From contig CAXXKJ010000002.1 of NCBI GenBank assembly GCA_963675295.2, forward strand, positions 3,136,001-3,200,000: a stretch of 64,000 nt of DNA. Direction: 5' to 3'. The notes below the pieces were generated by a model, which saw nothing but the letters and a program-made list of their open reading frames with translations, was not told the origin of the DNA and did not search any database. How positions within the stretch are numbered: position 1 is the stretch's first letter; every line of letters starts with the position of its first letter. The position numbers and the translations under genes are program-made. Shown piece by piece: positions 36,356-46,873 of this stretch. This DNA is from a bacterium (GTDB taxonomy: Bacteria > Electryoneota > Electryoneia > Electryoneales > Electryoneaceae).

Positions 36356-38440
36356 ATGAAGATACAGTTATCAGTGTTAGCCCTAATGTTGCTCCCATTT
36401 GTGACCTTAGGCCAGATAAGCTGGGATATCCACTACATTTCGCCAGATCATGACGGAGCATCATTCGTTTCAGCGACTGATCTGGATCAAGATGGTGATA
36501 TGGATTTATTAGGTACCGCATCAACTGATAATGATCTTATCTGGTGGGAAAATGTATACGGTGATGGTAATACTTGGAATGAACGTACAATAGACTATGA
36601 TATACTATCACCTTTTTGTGCTTTAGCCACTGATCTTGATCTTGATGGTGATTTAGATATTTTAGCGGCCTCAAGTGGTGACAATAGAGTTATATTTTAT
36701 AAAAATCTAACGGGAAACGCTTTAGATTGGGAACTAAACTATATTTCAGATTCTTGGTCAGGCGCTCTCATTATAGACTTTGGAGATTTTGACCAAGATG
36801 GTGACACGGATGTGGTTGCAGCAGCAGAAGTAAATGGTTCCGGAATAAATTGGTGGGAAAACCAGAATCAAGGAACAACTTGGTTAGATAATGACCTTAC
36901 TGATAGTGCTGCAAGATCTGTACACGTTGCCGATGTTTCTGGAGATGGTGTTCCTGATATAATCGGCGGCATTAATGGAGACTTGAAAGTTTTTAAAAAC
37001 CTTAATGGAGGACAAAGTTGGTGGATTGTTGGAATTTCCGACTTTGCTCATCCTATTGACATTACCAGCGGTGACTTTGACAATGATAGTGACTTGGATT
37101 TTTGCGTTGCTGGAGGGGACGAAGTTCTGCTGTATGAAAACAGTGGTGACGGCGTAAGCTGGATAGAACATGCCATTTCCTCGAATTTTTCAGGTGCACA
37201 TAGTGTCTACGCTGTTGATGTTGACTGCGATGGTGATCTCGACTTGGTGGGTGCTGCCTCAACAGCGGGAAAAATCGTCTGGTGGGAAAACACTCAGGGA
37301 TTGAGTCTCTGGCTTGAACATACGATCTCGGATTCATTCCCTGGGGCATACAACGTTTGTGCATCAGACATTAACGGTGACGGGTTGCCCGATGTTTCAT
37401 GTGCCGGGAATGGACAATTTGTCTGGTGGGAGCAGCTTGCGCCACCTTACACAGAACTTCAGCTTGCTTCCCCGAACGGGGGTGAAGCATGGCGTCAGAA
37501 CACCGTACACGACATTCAGTGGGAATCTAGCTCGGACCAAGATGTGGTAATCGAGCTTCTGCTTGGCCCAACAGTCGAACGCGTCATCTCCGGCGGTACG
37601 GACAACGACGGTGTGTTTGAGTGGACGATCCCGGATGACGCGACGCCGGGCGATAACTACCGTATCCGAGTCATCCTGGCAGACGGTTCGGAGCAGGACG
37701 TCAGCGACGCAGCGTTTGCAATTACAGCACTGCCAACCTTGTCTATAGAGCCCATCCTCCCCCCGATCATCATTCCCGCGTCAGGTTACGGCTTCTGGTA
37801 TTGGCTTGAGATCGGCAACCCTTCACCGTTTGAGGGCACCGGTCAGTATTGGTCTGAGGTTGTTCTACCTAGTGGCAACACATTCGGTCCGTTGTCTGTC
37901 AACCTACTCACCATCGAAGCCTTTGGCTCCTACGTCCCCGATGAACCACTAGCGCAATGGATACCGGGATACGCCCCTGCTGGTACGTACCAGTACGTGA
38001 TGCACGTGGGCATTTACCCGAACATGATAGTCGCCACAGACAGCTTCGAGTTCGAAAAGCTCGCCGGTTCGAGTGTGGCCTCCCTGCCGGAGTCTGCATG
38101 GAAGGTTGAAGACTGGCAGAATTCCGCATGGGAACAGGCAAGCGCGGCGGTCACAGGCACGGAGTCCCTCCCAACTGCTTTCAGCGTCTCCCCTGCGTAC
38201 CCGAATCCCTTCAACGCAAGTACCTCGCTCACGGTGTCGCTACCCGAACCGGCAGAACTGACGGTTACCGTCTATGACGTGCTCGGGCGGGAAGTGGCTA
38301 CTCTGGCACATTGTCAACACTCCGCCGGGGAACACCGTCTGACGTTCGGCGCCTCGAATCTTGCCAGCGGTTTATACTTCATCCGTGCTACCGTACCCGG
38401 ACATCTCGACCAGGTGCAGAAGGTGATGCTGGTTAGGTGA
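36356..38440 (+). CDS. Secreted FG-GAP repeat protein with SPNGGE Ig-like domain, second Ig-like domain and YPNPFN tail (island cargo)
   Basis: Signal peptide, seven D-x-D-x-D-G-D-x-D-like repeats with WWEN, SPNGGE.W, AYPNPFNA. Confidence 0.88.
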   Translation: MKIQLSVLALMLLPFVTLGQISWDIHYISPDHDGASFVSATDLDQDGDMDLLGTASTDNDLIWWENVYGDGNTWNERTIDYDILSPFCALATDLDLDGDLDILAASSGDNRVIFYKNLTGNALDWELNYISDSWSGALIIDFGDFDQDGDTDVVAAAEVNGSGINWWENQNQGTTWLDNDLTDSAARSVHVADVSGDGVPDIIGGINGDLKVFKNLNGGQSWWIVGISDFAHPIDITSGDFDNDSDLDFCVAGGDEVLLYENSGDGVSWIEHAISSNFSGAHSVYAVDVDCDGDLDLVGAASTAGKIVWWENTQGLSLWLEHTISDSFPGAYNVCASDINGDGLPDVSCAGNGQFVWWEQLAPPYTELQLASPNGGEAWRQNTVHDIQWESSSDQDVVIELLLGPTVERVISGGTDNDGVFEWTIPDDATPGDNYRIRVILADGSEQDVSDAAFAITALPTLSIEPILPPIIIPASGYGFWYWLEIGNPSPFEGTGQYWSEVVLPSGNTFGPLSVNLLTIEAFGSYVPDEPLAQWIPGYAPAGTYQYVMHVGIYPNMIVATDSFEFEKLAGSSVASLPESAWKVEDWQNSAWEQASAAVTGTESLPTAFSVSPAYPNPFNASTSLTVSLPEPAELTVTVYDVLGREVATLAHCQHSAGEHRLTFGASNLASGLYFIRATVPGHLDQVQKVMLVR

Positions 38441-38444
38441 TCTT

Positions 38445-38624
38445 GTGGGGCACTCGTGGGGCAGTGTCCCCAAGAATTCCCCGTAAATCTCAATAACAAC
38501 AGGCAGGAAAGAACCGGCTATCTATCAATTATTCCTACTGTTACCGCTTGTGATTTGTTGTGTATTTTGCACTGGATTGGACTGGGGGTCAGGGGGTCGC
38601 TGGTTCAAATCCAGTCGCTCCGAC
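38445..38624 (+). other. Internal att-like site: 137-bp arm plus 3' half of tRNA-Pro(GGG) (38580-38624)
   Basis: GA-CTGGGGG-TCAGG-GGGTC-GCTGG-TTCAAAT-CCAGT-CGCTCCG-AC. The arm aligns without gaps to 59583-59719. Confidence 0.85.
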
Positions 38625-38633
38625 ACTGGAACT

Positions 38634-38664
38634 AAAGGGGTTAGGTTCTGCCTGATCCTTTTTT
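38634..38664 (+). terminator. Probable tRNA-type terminator after the tRNA-Pro fragment
   Basis: AAAGGGGTTAGG-TTCTG-CCTGATCCTTTTTT hairpin. Confidence 0.55.
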
Positions 38665-38774
38665 CTATATCCCATCGAACACTTGTGATAAACATCACTG
38701 AGCCCCTTGAGGAGAGTAACCCAACGTGATGTGTTTCCGCCGTACCTTATTTTCGTGCCCGTTCCGGGGGAGGT

Positions 38775-41039
38775 ATGAGCGGTACAACATACCGTGCGCA
38801 GGCCCGTCGTCATACGTGGCGAATTGTCCCCCACCTTGCCTGTGCGCTGATCCTGCCAGCCTGCGTCGTCTTTGCCACGAACGTGAGTACGGCGGACTCT
38901 ATCCGTATCGGCGTGCTCGCGCCATACGGCAAAACGGTTTGCGTCAACCAGTGGCAGGCGACCGCGGAATGTCTGGACGCATCCATCCCTGGTACATCCT
39001 TCGAGATTGTTCCCCTCAACTACGATGAAGCTGTGGATCCGGCAATTTTGCCCGACCTTTCCTTCATGATCGTCAATCCCGCGATGTATGTGCTGCTGGA
39101 AAGGAAACACGGCGCGTCACGTATCGCCACACGCAAGACCAATGTCGCCGGGGCAGCGGTAACCACGTTCGGCGGGGTGCTACTCTGCCGGTCTGGTGAA
39201 CACGCGGTCACACTTCCCCGCGACCTCGCCGGCAAACGCATCGCGGCAGTGCATCAGGACGCCCTCGGTGGTTGGCTTGCGGTTTGGCGCGACCTGCTCG
39301 CGATGGGATTCGACCCGTTGAAGGACGCCCGCGAGGTACAGTGGCTGCAGACCAACGACGCCGTGCTCGCGGCGGTCGCCGATGGATCGGCGGACTTTGG
39401 CATTGTGCGCACCGGTGCGTTGGAACAGATGCAGGCGGCGGGGTCGTTCGATCCGGCGACGGTCACCGTGCTGCTGCTCGATCCGGCGGTCGGGGATCCA
39501 TCCGGCTTCCCGCTGTACCATTCGACGCGGTTGTACCCGGAGTGGCCGATGGTGCGGCTGGCGCACACCGATCTGCGCCTCGCGGAACAGGTCAGCGCGG
39601 CGTTGCTGCAGCTGCGTCCCGGCAGTCCAGCTTCACAGGCGGCTGGAATCGCCGGCTGGACCATCCCGTTAAACTACGAGGACGTGAATCAGGCGCTGCG
39701 TGAAACGCATACCGCACCGTATAACCACGAAAGCCGGATCACCGTCGCGGAGGTCATTCAGGAATACGGAACGATCCTGCTGCTGATTGTTGCGCTCCTG
39801 CTGGGCAGTGTCGTTGCGATCAGCGTGATCGTGGTCCTGAATGGCCGGTTGCAAAAGACCATCCTCCGCCTGAAATCCGAGAAGAAGGTTCGGGAACGTA
39901 CCGAAACTGCCCTCTCGTCCAGCGAAACCCGATTCCAGAGCATTGTCGAAAATGCCCATGAGGGCATCGCGGTGCTTGCCGGCGAACGTATCCTGCTGCA
40001 CAACGATGCGTTCCGTAACCTGTTCGGTGGGGAAGATGGTCCGGCCACTTTCCCCGACAACCTCATCGACCTGATCCATGAAGACGACCGCGAGGCGGTT
40101 CAAGCTGTGTTGGACCGGGCCTTTGATGGCCAGCTTCCCGAAACACCGTTGTATTTCCGCACGGATTCCGGCACTGAGATCGAGATGAGCTTGACCGGGA
40201 TGGAATATGATACCGGCTGGGCAGTACTCGGGATAGCCCGTGACATTACAGAAGCACGCGAGGTGGAACGTCGGCGTCAGGAAGCGATCCAGTTGACGCA
40301 GGACAGCGCCCGGCTGGCGTCAGTGGGAGTACTGTCGGCGGGGATCACGCACGAGATCAACCAGCCGTTGAGCGCGATCCAACTCAGCAGCGACAGCGTC
40401 GCGTTGTGGCGGGATCAGAATCCGGACACGTTGCCACCGTTCGTGTCGGAACTGGTTGACGAAATCTCGCAGGGCGCGGCGCGGATTGGTTCGATCATCG
40501 AACACATGCGCTCGTACTGGGTCCATTCCGCCCCGGCGGTAACGGATATCGTCGACCTAAACGAGGCCGTCAAACGTGCGCTGACCCTGCTCACGATGCA
40601 GATTCGCAATCACGAGATCCAGCTTGAATTGAATCTGTCCGGGACGTCATTGCCAGTTTCAGGCGAACAGGTGCAACTGGAGCAGATCTTCAGCAACCTC
40701 GTCGCCAACGCCATCCACGCACTGGATGAAGCCAACACCGATGACAAACGAATCCGTGTCTTCTCCGGACGTGACAGGGGGCGCTGCTTCGTCGAGATCA
40801 CCGATACCGGTCCCGGCTTGCCGACCACCGATATGGACCAGTTGTTTGATCCGTTCTATTCCACCCGTCAGCCGGGCAAGGGAATGGGATTAGGACTGGC
40901 AATTGTGAAGATGTTCGTTGAGCGTCACCGAGGTACGATTCAGGCGGTGCAGAACAAGGGTGGCGGGTCAACGTTCCGTGTCACCATTCCGCAGGCAACC
41001 GACAGCGAGAAAAGCGATGCGCATACTGTACGTGGATGA
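38775..41039 (+). CDS. Sensor histidine kinase with PhnD/phosphonate-binding-like periplasmic domain and PAS (TtrS/ThsS-like)
   Basis: IGVLA, NPA.YV, FGGV, LGGWL, AD.GIVRTG.LE, STRLYPEWP, GWTIPLNY; HEINQPL; GMGLGL. Confidence 0.88.
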   Translation: MSGTTYRAQARRHTWRIVPHLACALILPACVVFATNVSTADSIRIGVLAPYGKTVCVNQWQATAECLDASIPGTSFEIVPLNYDEAVDPAILPDLSFMIVNPAMYVLLERKHGASRIATRKTNVAGAAVTTFGGVLLCRSGEHAVTLPRDLAGKRIAAVHQDALGGWLAVWRDLLAMGFDPLKDAREVQWLQTNDAVLAAVADGSADFGIVRTGALEQMQAAGSFDPATVTVLLLDPAVGDPSGFPLYHSTRLYPEWPMVRLAHTDLRLAEQVSAALLQLRPGSPASQAAGIAGWTIPLNYEDVNQALRETHTAPYNHESRITVAEVIQEYGTILLLIVALLLGSVVAISVIVVLNGRLQKTILRLKSEKKVRERTETALSSSETRFQSIVENAHEGIAVLAGERILLHNDAFRNLFGGEDGPATFPDNLIDLIHEDDREAVQAVLDRAFDGQLPETPLYFRTDSGTEIEMSLTGMEYDTGWAVLGIARDITEAREVERRRQEAIQLTQDSARLASVGVLSAGITHEINQPLSAIQLSSDSVALWRDQNPDTLPPFVSELVDEISQGAARIGSIIEHMRSYWVHSAPAVTDIVDLNEAVKRALTLLTMQIRNHEIQLELNLSGTSLPVSGEQVQLEQIFSNLVANAIHALDEANTDDKRIRVFSGRDRGRCFVEITDTGPGLPTTDMDQLFDPFYSTRQPGKGMGLGLAIVKMFVERHRGTIQAVQNKGGGSTFRVTIPQATDSEKSDAHTVRG

Positions 41040-42435
41040 TGACGAACAGGCACGGCGGGTAGTGCGCAAGTCAATCGCCGGATTACTTGGCTATGATGTG
41101 GTCGAATGTGCCACCGTCGACAGGGCGCTCGACTTGCACCGCTCGGATCCATTCAAGCTGATCCTCAGCGACATCCGCATGCCCGGCAAAAGCGGCCTCG
41201 ATCTGCTCGCCGAACTACGCCACAATGCGGACATTCCGCCCGCCGACGTCATCTTCTACACGGGTTTCGCCGACCTCGATACCGCTGTCGCTGCACTGCG
41301 GCTAGGCGCATTCGACCTGATCAGCAAGACCGCCCGCGCACGTGACCTGCTGGACGTGATCCACCGTTGGGAGCAGGAATCCACGACACGCGAGCAGTCA
41401 GCTGACACCTCGCCGTCGTCACAGGTTGAAGAAACTGAGCCTGTCACCTCCGAGGTCTATTTCCCGGACGACACGTGGCTCGGGCACTACTCGGAAGAGA
41501 TGCACGAGATCGTCACCCTCGCGTTACGTCTGCACGAGGACGACCAGGCGCCGGTCCTGATCGAGGGCGAAACCGGCACCGGCAAGGAACAGGTGGCGAA
41601 GCTGGTGCATCATGGCCGCAACGGTAGCGGTAAACCGTTCGTCATTCTTAACTGTTCCGCGTTGACCCCGACGCTCTATGAGAGCGAACTGTTCGGCCAT
41701 GAGGCCGGCGCATTCACCGGCGCACGCAAGCATGGCGCGCCCGGCAAGCTCGCCGCGGCAGACGGTGGCACGTTGTTTCTCGACGAAATCGGCGAGATGC
41801 CGCTGGACTTGCAGCCTAAGCTGCTTCAATTCCTTCAATCACGGCAGTATTACCCCGTCGGCGGAGTGGAACCGAAACAGGTCCGTGTTCGCATCATCGC
41901 GGCAACCAACCGCAGCCTCGCGGAGATGGTCGAAGCAGGCAGTTTCCGTCGTGACCTGTTCTACCGGCTGAACATGATGCGGATGCAACTCCCGCCTTTG
42001 CGTGACATGTCCGAATCGATCGGCCCGTTGGCTCAGCGGATGCTGGTCGAAGCCGCGCGTGAGAAGCACCGCCGATTTAAAAGCATTCACCCGGATGCCA
42101 TCACCCGGCTGCAGACCTACCCCTGGCCCGGGAATATCCGTGAGCTGCGTAACGTAATCGAGCGCGCCATCCTGCTCAATGACGCGCCCGAGTTGCTCCC
42201 GCAACACCTGCCAATCCTGGCGGCGGATCTCGATGAACGACGTGACGTCGTATCCCTCGGCGACTTGTCGTTCACGCTGCCTCTGGATTCCCTGCCGCTT
42301 GAGACGCTCGAACGGGAGGTGATCGTCGCCGCACTCAACCGGTTTGATGGCAACCAGAGCCGCGCGGCGGACTACCTCGGCCTCTCCCGCTACGCATTGA
42401 AACGCCGGTTGGAGAAGTACGGGCTCAACGGCTGA
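41017..42435 (+). CDS. Sigma54-dependent response regulator (NtrC/AtoC family)
   Basis: REC (VDDD, DIRMPG), [28 protein letters not shown], Fis-type HTH. Confidence 0.93.
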   Translation: MRILYVDDDEQARRVVRKSIAGLLGYDVVECATVDRALDLHRSDPFKLILSDIRMPGKSGLDLLAELRHNADIPPADVIFYTGFADLDTAVAALRLGAFDLISKTARARDLLDVIHRWEQESTTREQSADTSPSSQVEETEPVTSEVYFPDDTWLGHYSEEMHEIVTLALRLHEDDQAPVLIEGETGTGKEQVAKLVHHGRNGSGKPFVILNCSALTPTLYESELFGHEAGAFTGARKHGAPGKLAAADGGTLFLDEIGEMPLDLQPKLLQFLQSRQYYPVGGVEPKQVRVRIIAATNRSLAEMVEAGSFRRDLFYRLNMMRMQLPPLRDMSESIGPLAQRMLVEAAREKHRRFKSIHPDAITRLQTYPWPGNIRELRNVIERAILLNDAPELLPQHLPILAADLDERRDVVSLGDLSFTLPLDSLPLETLEREVIVAALNRFDGNQSRAADYLGLSRYALKRRLEKYGLNG

Positions 42436-42596
42436 TCACTCTCACCCCGATGTAGTTCCAGCCTGGGCGAAATCACCCATCTCCCTGTTTCGCCCCTCGC
42501 AGATCCGCCCGGCGCGGGCGTTTTCGCGCGCCAACGCCGCCTCAGACGAAGCCTCTAAGCTAATGATTACCAGTATGTTGCCCGTCATCCGCACGA

Positions 42597-42612
42597 CTGG
42601 CATGCGCTTTGA
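42597..42612 (+). promoter_or_regulatory. Candidate sigma54 -24/-12 promoter of the cysC operon
   Basis: CTGGCATGCGCTTTGA (GG-N10-GA variant), directly downstream of a sigma54 activator gene. Confidence 0.55.
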
Positions 42613-42677
42613 CTATGTGTGTGGAAACGAACTGTCACACGTACCGCCTCGCCGGTACTCGCAGCAGGGAGAATCAT

Positions 42678-43316
42678 ATGATCGAACGCAAGGCGACCAA
42701 TATCACGCGGCACGAAGGGCATGTCAGCCGCGCCATCCGTGAGACATTGCTCGGCCAGAAGGGCTGCACGATCTGGCTGACCGGGCTACCATCCTCGGGT
42801 AAAAGCACGACAGCCTTCACGCTGGAACATGAGCTGGTGCAGCAGGGGCATCTCGCGTACGTGCTGGACGGCGACAACATCCGCTTCGGCCTCAATCGAA
42901 ACCTAGGTTTTTCGCCCAATGACCGCGCGGAAAACATCAGACGGATCGGTGAGGTCGCGCTGCTGTTTGCGGATACCGGCGTCATCGCAATCACCAGCTT
43001 CATCTCCCCGTACCGTGAAGATCGTGACCTCGTGCGGGAACGCCACAATGATCTCGGCATTCCGTTCATCGAGGTCTTCGTCGACACCCCGCTGCGTGTC
43101 TGCGAGGAACGGGATCCCAAAGGTCTGTTCAAGAAGGCTCGCGAGGGTGTGATCAAGGATTTCACCGGAATCGACGCGCCGTACGAAAAGCCGGTTGTGC
43201 CCGACTTGGTGCTGAAAACCGACCACATGACGCCCGAGGAGACAGCGTTCCAGATCGTCGATTTCCTGCAGTCCCAGGCGCTGCTTCCGGGAGCTGTTGA
43301 TCGGGCGCTGGCCTGA
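42678..43316 (+). CDS. cysC: Adenylyl-sulfate (APS) kinase
   Basis: IWLTGLPSSGKST, LDGDNIR.GL, DR.ENIRRIGE, FISPY, RDPKGL, FTGIDAPYE.P. Confidence 0.95.
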   Translation: MIERKATNITRHEGHVSRAIRETLLGQKGCTIWLTGLPSSGKSTTAFTLEHELVQQGHLAYVLDGDNIRFGLNRNLGFSPNDRAENIRRIGEVALLFADTGVIAITSFISPYREDRDLVRERHNDLGIPFIEVFVDTPLRVCEERDPKGLFKKAREGVIKDFTGIDAPYEKPVVPDLVLKTDHMTPEETAFQIVDFLQSQALLPGAVDRALA

Positions 43317-43322
43317 GGCGGA

Positions 43323-45023
43323 TTGAACGTGAACACGCACTCCCAACCCACGGGCCGCATGCTGCGTCGGCGAATTATCGCGGCAATTCTGGCGGTCTCC
43401 CTTCTACCGGTCCTGCTGCTGGGTGTCGGCTCGTGGGTTGTTTTTGGACGATTGCTCGATCAGAAGGCGATGGATCTGCAACGCGCCGTGGTGAGTCATC
43501 ACGCGGAATCCGTTGACTCCTTCATGCAACAACAGGTCGACATGCTGACACTGATACCCGGCCTGAGCAGCATGAGCGAGATTCTCGCGGATGGGTCACC
43601 ACGCGCCGTGTTGCAGCAGCTCAATGAAACCAGTAGCGGCGCGTTCGTCGATCTTGGCGTGATCGATCACCTTGGACGGCATTGTGGTTACACCGGTCCC
43701 TACGAACTGCTCGACAAGAAGTACGCGAATGAAACGTGGTTCCGTGAGGTGATGAAGCAGGGGGTGTATGTAAGCGACGTGTTCCTCGGCTTTCGCGGCG
43801 TGCCACATGTGATCATTGCGGTTCGGGTCAACACGGACAGCGATCCGTGGATTTTGCGTGCGACGATCAGCAGCGACCGGCTGAAAGCGAACCTGCTGGC
43901 GGCGTCGCTGGGGGAACATGGCGATGTCTGGCTGCTGAACCAGGACGGCGAGTTGCAGAGTGATTCGCGAACGCTGGCGATCCTTGAACACGCCCCGTTG
44001 CCGATGATCGAGCCGTTCGCCGGCGTCCGTGAGGACAAACTGGCCATTGACGGGGAAGCGTACCTCGTGGTCAGCCGCTGGATCAACCATGGCCGCTGGC
44101 TGCTGGCGGCGGTGCAGCCTGAAGCGGAAGTGCGCGCGCCGATCCGCCGGGCGATGCTGCTTGGCATAGCGGTGGTCGTCATCGCCATCGTGATCGTCTT
44201 CTTCACCACGCTGTTCGCCACATGGCGCCTGACCCGTCTGATCGACAAAACCACCGATGAGCGGGACCGTCTGCAGCAGGCGTTCAACCGGTCGGCAAAG
44301 CTGTCATCAGTCGGCGAACTGGCGACCGGCCTCGCGCATGAGATCAACAACCCGCTCGCGATTATCGGCGCCGAACAGACCAACCTGCGCGACCTGCTGG
44401 CTGAATCAAACGGCCACGCTTCCCACAAATCCGAGCTGCTGGAATCGGTCGATCGTGTTGACCGGCAGGTCAAGCGCTGTGCGTCGATCACCACACGCAT
44501 GCTGCAGTTTGGCCGCAAGCAGGCGGGCGAATCGCGTCCGCTGGTGCTGCTCGACCGTCTCAGCGAAATCGTGGACGGTCTCGAGCGGCAACTGACGCTG
44601 CACAACATCACCGTTGACCTTAAGGTCCCCGCCGATCTGCCGCAGGTCCTGACCGAACCGATAGAATTCGAACAGGTAATGCACAACCTGTTCGGGAACG
44701 CGATGCACGCGATGCCAGATGGCGGGACGATCACTCTGCGTGCCTACCCGAATCTGACCAGCAACGGCTGGCGTGTGATCCTCGAAGTGAGTGATACCGG
44801 CAGCGGCATGCCCGCGGAAATCGCGGAACGTGCGTTCGAACCGTTTTTCACGACAAAACCGGTCGGCCAGGGCACAGGACTCGGGCTGTCTGTCTGCTAT
44901 GGCATGGTCGCAGGTTGGGGCGGCGAAATCCAGCTGCACAGTCAGCCGGGCAAGGGAACCACTGTCCGGCTGCTGTTACCGGCCGCGGAGATTTCAGCTT
45001 CCATGCAAGAGGGGGTGATTTGA
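43323..45023 (+). CDS. Cache-domain sensor histidine kinase (start could be 43329 or 43359)
   Basis: Two TM helices, FVDLGVI..Y.GPY.L...Y....WF, SDVFLGFR.VPH; HEINNPL; GTGLGL. Confidence 0.9.
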   Translation: MNVNTHSQPTGRMLRRRIIAAILAVSLLPVLLLGVGSWVVFGRLLDQKAMDLQRAVVSHHAESVDSFMQQQVDMLTLIPGLSSMSEILADGSPRAVLQQLNETSSGAFVDLGVIDHLGRHCGYTGPYELLDKKYANETWFREVMKQGVYVSDVFLGFRGVPHVIIAVRVNTDSDPWILRATISSDRLKANLLAASLGEHGDVWLLNQDGELQSDSRTLAILEHAPLPMIEPFAGVREDKLAIDGEAYLVVSRWINHGRWLLAAVQPEAEVRAPIRRAMLLGIAVVVIAIVIVFFTTLFATWRLTRLIDKTTDERDRLQQAFNRSAKLSSVGELATGLAHEINNPLAIIGAEQTNLRDLLAESNGHASHKSELLESVDRVDRQVKRCASITTRMLQFGRKQAGESRPLVLLDRLSEIVDGLERQLTLHNITVDLKVPADLPQVLTEPIEFEQVMHNLFGNAMHAMPDGGTITLRAYPNLTSNGWRVILEVSDTGSGMPAEIAERAFEPFFTTKPVGQGTGLGLSVCYGMVAGWGGEIQLHSQPGKGTTVRLLLPAAEISASMQEGVI

Positions 45024-45895
45024 TGGAAACGATCTCGCCCATCCGTCTGCTGATCGTCGATGACGAACAGGAATTCACCGCGTCCCTCGCGAAGGTGCTG
45101 ACACGGCGTGGTATCGCAGTTCATGTCTGCGAAAACGGTTCCGCCGCACTCGACTACCTCGCCCGGCATCATGCCGACGTGGTGCTACTGGACATCAAAA
45201 TGCCCGGCATGGACGGCGAGGAGGTGTTCATCCACCTGCAGCGCCGTTGGCCGGATTTGCCGGTGATCGTGCTGACCGGCCATGGCGACATCCCGCAGGC
45301 GTTTCGCATGTCAAAACACGGCGTCGTCGATTACCTGCCGAAGCCGTGCCACGTGGACGAATTGTACGATCATGTGCAGCAGGCCGCGCGTGAACGAAAA
45401 ACGGCGGCGCGTTCCGTTCTCCAACCGGAACCGCCTGACCCGCCTGCCGCCAACGATGGCGAGGACAAGCCGAATGTGCTGCTCGTCGATGACGAACCCG
45501 AGCTGCTGGCCGGTCTAGTGAATGTTCTGGAACGTCGCGGGCTGGCGGTGCGGACGGCGGTATCGGGCGAGGATGCGTTGGCGGTGCTCGCGGATACGTG
45601 GATCGATGTCGTCGTCATCGACATCAAGATGCCGGGCATGAGCGGACTGGAGTTGCTGAAACGAATCCGTAGCGAACGACCAGATGTCGAGGTCCTGATG
45701 TTGACCGGTCACCCACGTGTGGATGATGCGTCCGAGGCGATAAAGCTCGGTGCGGCGTATTTCCTGACCAAACCGTTCGACACGGCGGAGTTGGTGATGC
45801 GGATCGAAAGCGCGTTTCACCGCCGCCGGCAGACCTTCCGGCGCCGCCAGGAAGAGGCGATCCGCAGCGTATTCGACCGGGGCATGGTCGACTGA
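45023..45895 (+). CDS. Tandem double receiver-domain protein
   Basis: Two VDD..DIKMPG..LTGH..KP repeats and no output domain. Confidence 0.9.
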   Translation: METISPIRLLIVDDEQEFTASLAKVLTRRGIAVHVCENGSAALDYLARHHADVVLLDIKMPGMDGEEVFIHLQRRWPDLPVIVLTGHGDIPQAFRMSKHGVVDYLPKPCHVDELYDHVQQAARERKTAARSVLQPEPPDPPAANDGEDKPNVLLVDDEPELLAGLVNVLERRGLAVRTAVSGEDALAVLADTWIDVVVIDIKMPGMSGLELLKRIRSERPDVEVLMLTGHPRVDDASEAIKLGAAYFLTKPFDTAELVMRIESAFHRRRQTFRRRQEEAIRSVFDRGMVD

Positions 45896-45947
45896 ACGGC
45901 GGCCGGAAGCTGCCGCAAAACGCATCAACCCACAACATGGGAAGGGG

Positions 45948-46835
45948 GTGAGCATGGAAGCGACTACCGTGAAAGCCGATACCGTCCACGTACTGTTCGT
46001 GGACGATGACACCGATTTCACTCAATCCCTGAGTCCGGTGCTGGAACGACGTGAGTTTACCGTCACCGCGCTGGAAAGTGAGACGCAGGCGCTGGACTAT
46101 CTCGATCATGTTGTCCCGGATGTGATCCTGCTCGACCTCAAGCTGAACGGCGGCAGCGGCACCGATCTGCTGCAAAAGATCCGTGAGAAGGACAATCAGA
46201 CGCCGGTGATCATCCTCACCGGGCACGGGTCGATGGACAGCGTGGTGAGTTCGATCCGGTTCGGCGTATCCGACTACCTGCAGAAGCCGGTGGACATTGA
46301 TCTGCTGGTCGAACACCTGCTCGATTGCACGAGCAATGTCGCCCGGCAACCGATGCGTGAACGGTCGCTGGTCGAGTTGATGCGGCCGGTGTCACTTTAC
46401 CCGAAGCTGCTCTGCAACCAGCCAATTGAGGACGCGCTGTATGTCGTCCGCAAATGGTGTTTCCCTGACGAAAACGATCCGGATCATGTCCGTTCGGCAC
46501 TGGTGTACGAACCCAACGGCGACTTCATCGGGATGCTCCGCTTTCACGATCTGCTGTCACTGGTACTGCCGGAATACTTGCGGGAATCCAGTCATCCGAA
46601 CTTTTTCCCGGGCATGGTCCTCGCCCAGTGCAAGCTGATTGACCACATGCGGGTGCTGGCGTTGATGAGCAAGCAGGTTTACATCCGCCAAAACGCGCCG
46701 CTGATGGAGGCGGTGCAGCTGATGGTCAAGCATCACGTGGTCAACCTGCCGGTGATGGACGGCAAGCGGCTGGCGGGGGTGTTGCGCGAACGGGATGTTG
46801 TCCGGATGCTGCTCGATTGCATGTACACGAAGTAA
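45948..46835 (+). CDS. Receiver domain plus CBS-pair protein
   Basis: VDDD, DLKL, LTGHG, KP followed by CBS-like LM.P..G.L...DLL and LPV...LAGVL...D. Confidence 0.85.
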   Translation: MSMEATTVKADTVHVLFVDDDTDFTQSLSPVLERREFTVTALESETQALDYLDHVVPDVILLDLKLNGGSGTDLLQKIREKDNQTPVIILTGHGSMDSVVSSIRFGVSDYLQKPVDIDLLVEHLLDCTSNVARQPMRERSLVELMRPVSLYPKLLCNQPIEDALYVVRKWCFPDENDPDHVRSALVYEPNGDFIGMLRFHDLLSLVLPEYLRESSHPNFFPGMVLAQCKLIDHMRVLALMSKQVYIRQNAPLMEAVQLMVKHHVVNLPVMDGKRLAGVLRERDVVRMLLDCMYTK

Positions 46836-46873
46836 CGCTGAAAACGAAATCACGGGAAGAAGGGTTCAGGGAG

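Noticed and set aside
31427-38440. Prophage
   Set aside because: No capsid, terminase, tail or lysis genes. Treated as a satellite-like or integrative element.
38580-38624. Functional tRNA-Pro gene (likewise a second tRNA-Arg at 59719-59764)
   Set aside because: Only the anticodon loop to the 3' end is present. There is no D-arm or 5' acceptor strand.
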